Assembly (NCBI GenBank): GCA_043228905.1 | Contig: JBHGNT010000015.1 | Span: forward strand, 8,122,001-8,186,000 | Direction of reading: 5' to 3' | DNA: 64,000 nt | Origin: Azolla caroliniana | Lineage: Eukaryota > Plantae > Polypodiophyta | Shown here: one piece after another, positions 60,876 through 64,000 of the stretch | Layout of the letters: every line of letters begins with the position of its first letter | Numbering within the stretch: the first letter of the stretch is position 1 | The notes under the pieces: model-generated | What the model saw: the letters and a program-made list of their open reading frames with translations, nothing else | The model's database searches: none | What the model was told of the DNA's origin: nothing | Program-made: the position numbers and the translations under genes

Positions 60876-63800
60876 TGTTAGAAAATCGACGCTTTCCAAA
60901 ACCTTCACCACTCGGCCACAACCGAGGAAACACGAATCAATGCAGAAGTAAATCGAAAACACAGAGAGAGACTCGAATGCACAGGGTTTAGCGTGGAAAA
61001 CCCTAGACGGGAAAAACCACGGGAGTGCAAGACTCCAACTATCACTATACGCAGGGAATGTACAATGGCGAGCTGCAAGGCGACGACCTTGAGCTCGCTG
61101 TCCTCGCCACAGGCGGCGGTATTACACAGAGGCGTCGACCTCTTCCTTTCTCTCTCTCTCACTCTCTCTCTCTCGGCTGCTCTCACTTCGCTCCCTCTCA
61201 GTGGAAAACAGAAAATGAGCAACAACAACAAACTGTTTGCCCTAAGTCATATTTATACATATATGACTTTCGAGCTATTTACAAATATAGCCTCGAGGGC
61301 CCTTGGCAAACATATTCACAGATATGTCCCCGCATCCGGATCTCTCTCCGGGTACATTCGTCATCCGGCTCCGTAACCGGGTCTTCATCATCCGGTTCCG
61401 ATACCGGGTCTTCATCATCCGGTTCCGTAACCGGGTCTTCATCATCCGGTTCCGACACCGGGTACTCCTCATTCGGGTCTTCATTCCCGATTCCCGGACA
61501 TCTGACCATCCCATCCGGAGGGACCGTAATCCCAACAAACTCCCCCTTCACTTCGGCATGGGATGTCTTTCCAGTCCAACCCTCTTCCGGCACTCTTCCA
61601 GCTTGTCGGGTGTGAGCACTTTGGTCAGCATATCTGACCCGTTCTCGTCCGTGTGGATCTTCGTCAGCACGAACTCTTGGTCTTCTATCCTTTCCCGGAT
61701 CCAGTGATATCTTCGCTGGATGTGCTTCGTTCGGGAGTGATAGGCCGCATTCTTCGCAAGGTGGATGGCACTCTGACTGTCGCAGTAGAGTCGGTACTCC
61801 TCCTGCCGGATACCGAGCTCTCTAATGAAGTCCTTCATCCATATTATTTCCTTTCCGGCTTCAACAGCCGCCATGTACTCCGCCTCCGTGGTTGACAACG
61901 CAACCGTCTTCTGCAGCCTCGACTGCCACGAAACAGCTCCCCCTGCATACGTCATCACATACCCTGATGTGGACCGGCTGGTATCTGCATCAGCCGTCGA
62001 GTTCGGGCTTACCGGAGCCGAATCGGAGGCACACGTTTGCCGCGCCCTTCAAGTATCAGAGTATCTACTTGGCCGCGTCCCAGTGCTCTTTGCCGGGATT
62101 GCTCATGTACCGGCTCACCACTCCGACTGCATATCCTATGTCCGGTCTTGTACACACCATTGCGTACATCAAGCTTCCGACGGCAGAGGCATATGGTACT
62201 TTCATCATGTCCTCCTTCTCAGCCTTTGTCTTGGGGATTTGCTTGCTGGACAGCTTGCAGTTTGCTGGGAGGGTTGACCCGACCGGTCTTGCTTCCGACA
62301 TGTTGAACCGGTGAAGCACCTTTGTCACGTACTTCTCCTGTGACAGCCACAACTGCTTCTTCTTCCGGTCCCGGATGATGTGCATCCCTAGTATTTGCCT
62401 CGCCGGACCCAGGTCCTTCATTGAGAAGGTTCGGTGAAGCGCTTTCTTCAGCATCCATATCTTGACCTGGTCCCGTCCGACGATCAACATGTCGTCCACG
62501 TACAGGAGGAGTATTAGAAAGTCTCCTCCTTCGAACTTCTTCACAAACACGCAGTGATCGGACTTCGTTTTGTGGTACCCTTCGTCGGTCATGAAAGAGT
62601 CGAACTTCCCGTACCATTGCCGGGGAGCCTGCTTCAGTCCGTAAAGGCTCTTCTTCAACCGGCATACCAGGTGCTCCTTCCCTTTCTTCTCGAATCCTTC
62701 CGGTTGCTGCATGTAGATCTCTTCTTCGAGGTCACCGTGAAGGAATGCCGTCTTCACGTCCATCTGTTCTACCTCGAGGTCCATGCTTGCCGCTATGCTC
62801 AGCACCGTCCGGATGGAGGTCATCTTCACTACCGGGGCAAATATCTCGTCGAAGTCGACGCCCTTCTTCTGCTGGAACCCCTTCACCACGATCCTGGCTT
62901 TGTATCTCGGGGGGTTTCCGGCATCTCCCGGTTTCAGCTTGAACACCCACTTGTTTCGAAGTGCCCGCTTTCCTTTCGGCTACTCCACAAGTTCATATGT
63001 GTGGTTCTCATGCAGGGAATCCATTTCCTCCTGCATGGCACTTAACCACCTGCGGCTATGGGTGTCAAGCTTTGCTTCTTCAAAACTCTCCGGCTCCCCC
63101 TCGTCGGTTAGCAGCACGTGCTCTGGTTCCGGAAATCTCCGGGGGGCCCTTCTCTCTCTTAGAGGATATCTCCGTTCCGGAGCTTCGGTAACCGGCTCCT
63201 CCGTTTCCTCTTCATCCGAATCCATTTCAGGATCGGAGCCGGTTCCGGTATCAGTTTCATCTTCCTCGGCCGGTTCTGTTTCTTCACCGTCTTCGGCCGG
63301 ATCCTCGAGTGCTAACCGGTCCCTTGCCGGTCGGGACTGCTCCTCGTAGAGTTGATCCTCACCGGTCGACTTGGAGCTCTTCATCTTCTTCTCCGACTCC
63401 CAGTCGGCGAGTGTCTTGTCCTCCATGAAGATGATATCACGACTCCGGAATATCTTTTTGTCGACCGGGTCCCATACTCGGTAGCCGAACTCGTCATCGC
63501 CGTAACCGAGGAATATGCATGGCCGGGTCTTTGGATCTAGCTTTCCTCTCCGGTCCTTTGCCACATGCACATATGCGAGACACCCGAACACCTTCAGATG
63601 CCGGTAGGATACTTCCCTACCGGTCCACACTCTCTGCGGCGTGTCTCCGTCCAAAGGTACTGAGGGTGATCTGTTTATCACGTATGTCGCCGTCGACATT
63701 GCCTCAGCCCAAAACCCCTTGGGTAATTTCGCATGCGCCAGCATACTCCGGACCCTCTCCATTATGGTCCGGTTCATCCTCTCGGCCAGCCCGTTCAGTT

Positions 63801-64000
63801 CCGGCGTCTTCGGCACAGTAAACTCGAGCCGGATTCCCTTCGAGCGACAGTACTCCTTGAACTGCCCCCGGTATTCCCCTCCGTTATCTGCTCGTATCGC
63901 TTTCAGCTTCTTGCCGGATTCCCTTTCCACTCTCGCGTGGAGTTCTTTGAAGACGCACAACACTTGGTCCTTTGTCTTCAACGGTGCCGTCCACAGCTTC
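60876..64000 (-). mobile_element. Copia 'E' (pol nearly identical to F, slightly decayed), 3' LTR 60876-61537, runs off the window
   Basis: ORFs 62980-63981, 62065-62946 and 61548-61958 match the F polyprotein; PPT at 61540-61550. Confidence 0.95.

Overview
This 64-kb window contains no host genes. It is a deeply nested pile of plant retrotransposons, and the lineages suggest heterochromatin of a non-seed land plant (inference). I resolved about 16 insertions, many with exact LTR ends and target-site duplications (TSDs). They include seven Ty1/copia copies (one intact, 30679-36216), two Tcn1-like chromoviruses, another chromodomain Gypsy, a tRNA-Trp-primed non-chromoviral Gypsy plus a related solo LTR, three Athila/Tat-like Gypsy copies with a large extra 3' ORF, a small non-autonomous Gypsy and a LINE 3' fragment. 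Top signal: all three Athila/Tat-like copies lack a polypurine tract (PPT) at the 3' LTR. In its place they carry a sense-strand copy of a tRNA 3' end (GTCCCACGGGCGTGCCA, tRNA-Arg-like) exactly 2 nt before the LTR, suggesting tRNA-primed plus-strand synthesis. Other signals: antisense tRNA-like Pol III A/B-box cassettes in the LTRs of several Gypsy families, Tf1-type self-priming in the Tcn1-like elements, a 56-bp-period palindrome array in a 5' UTR, and an open 536-aa gag/collapsed-RT ORF. tRNA and lineage assignments are from memory and need database confirmation.
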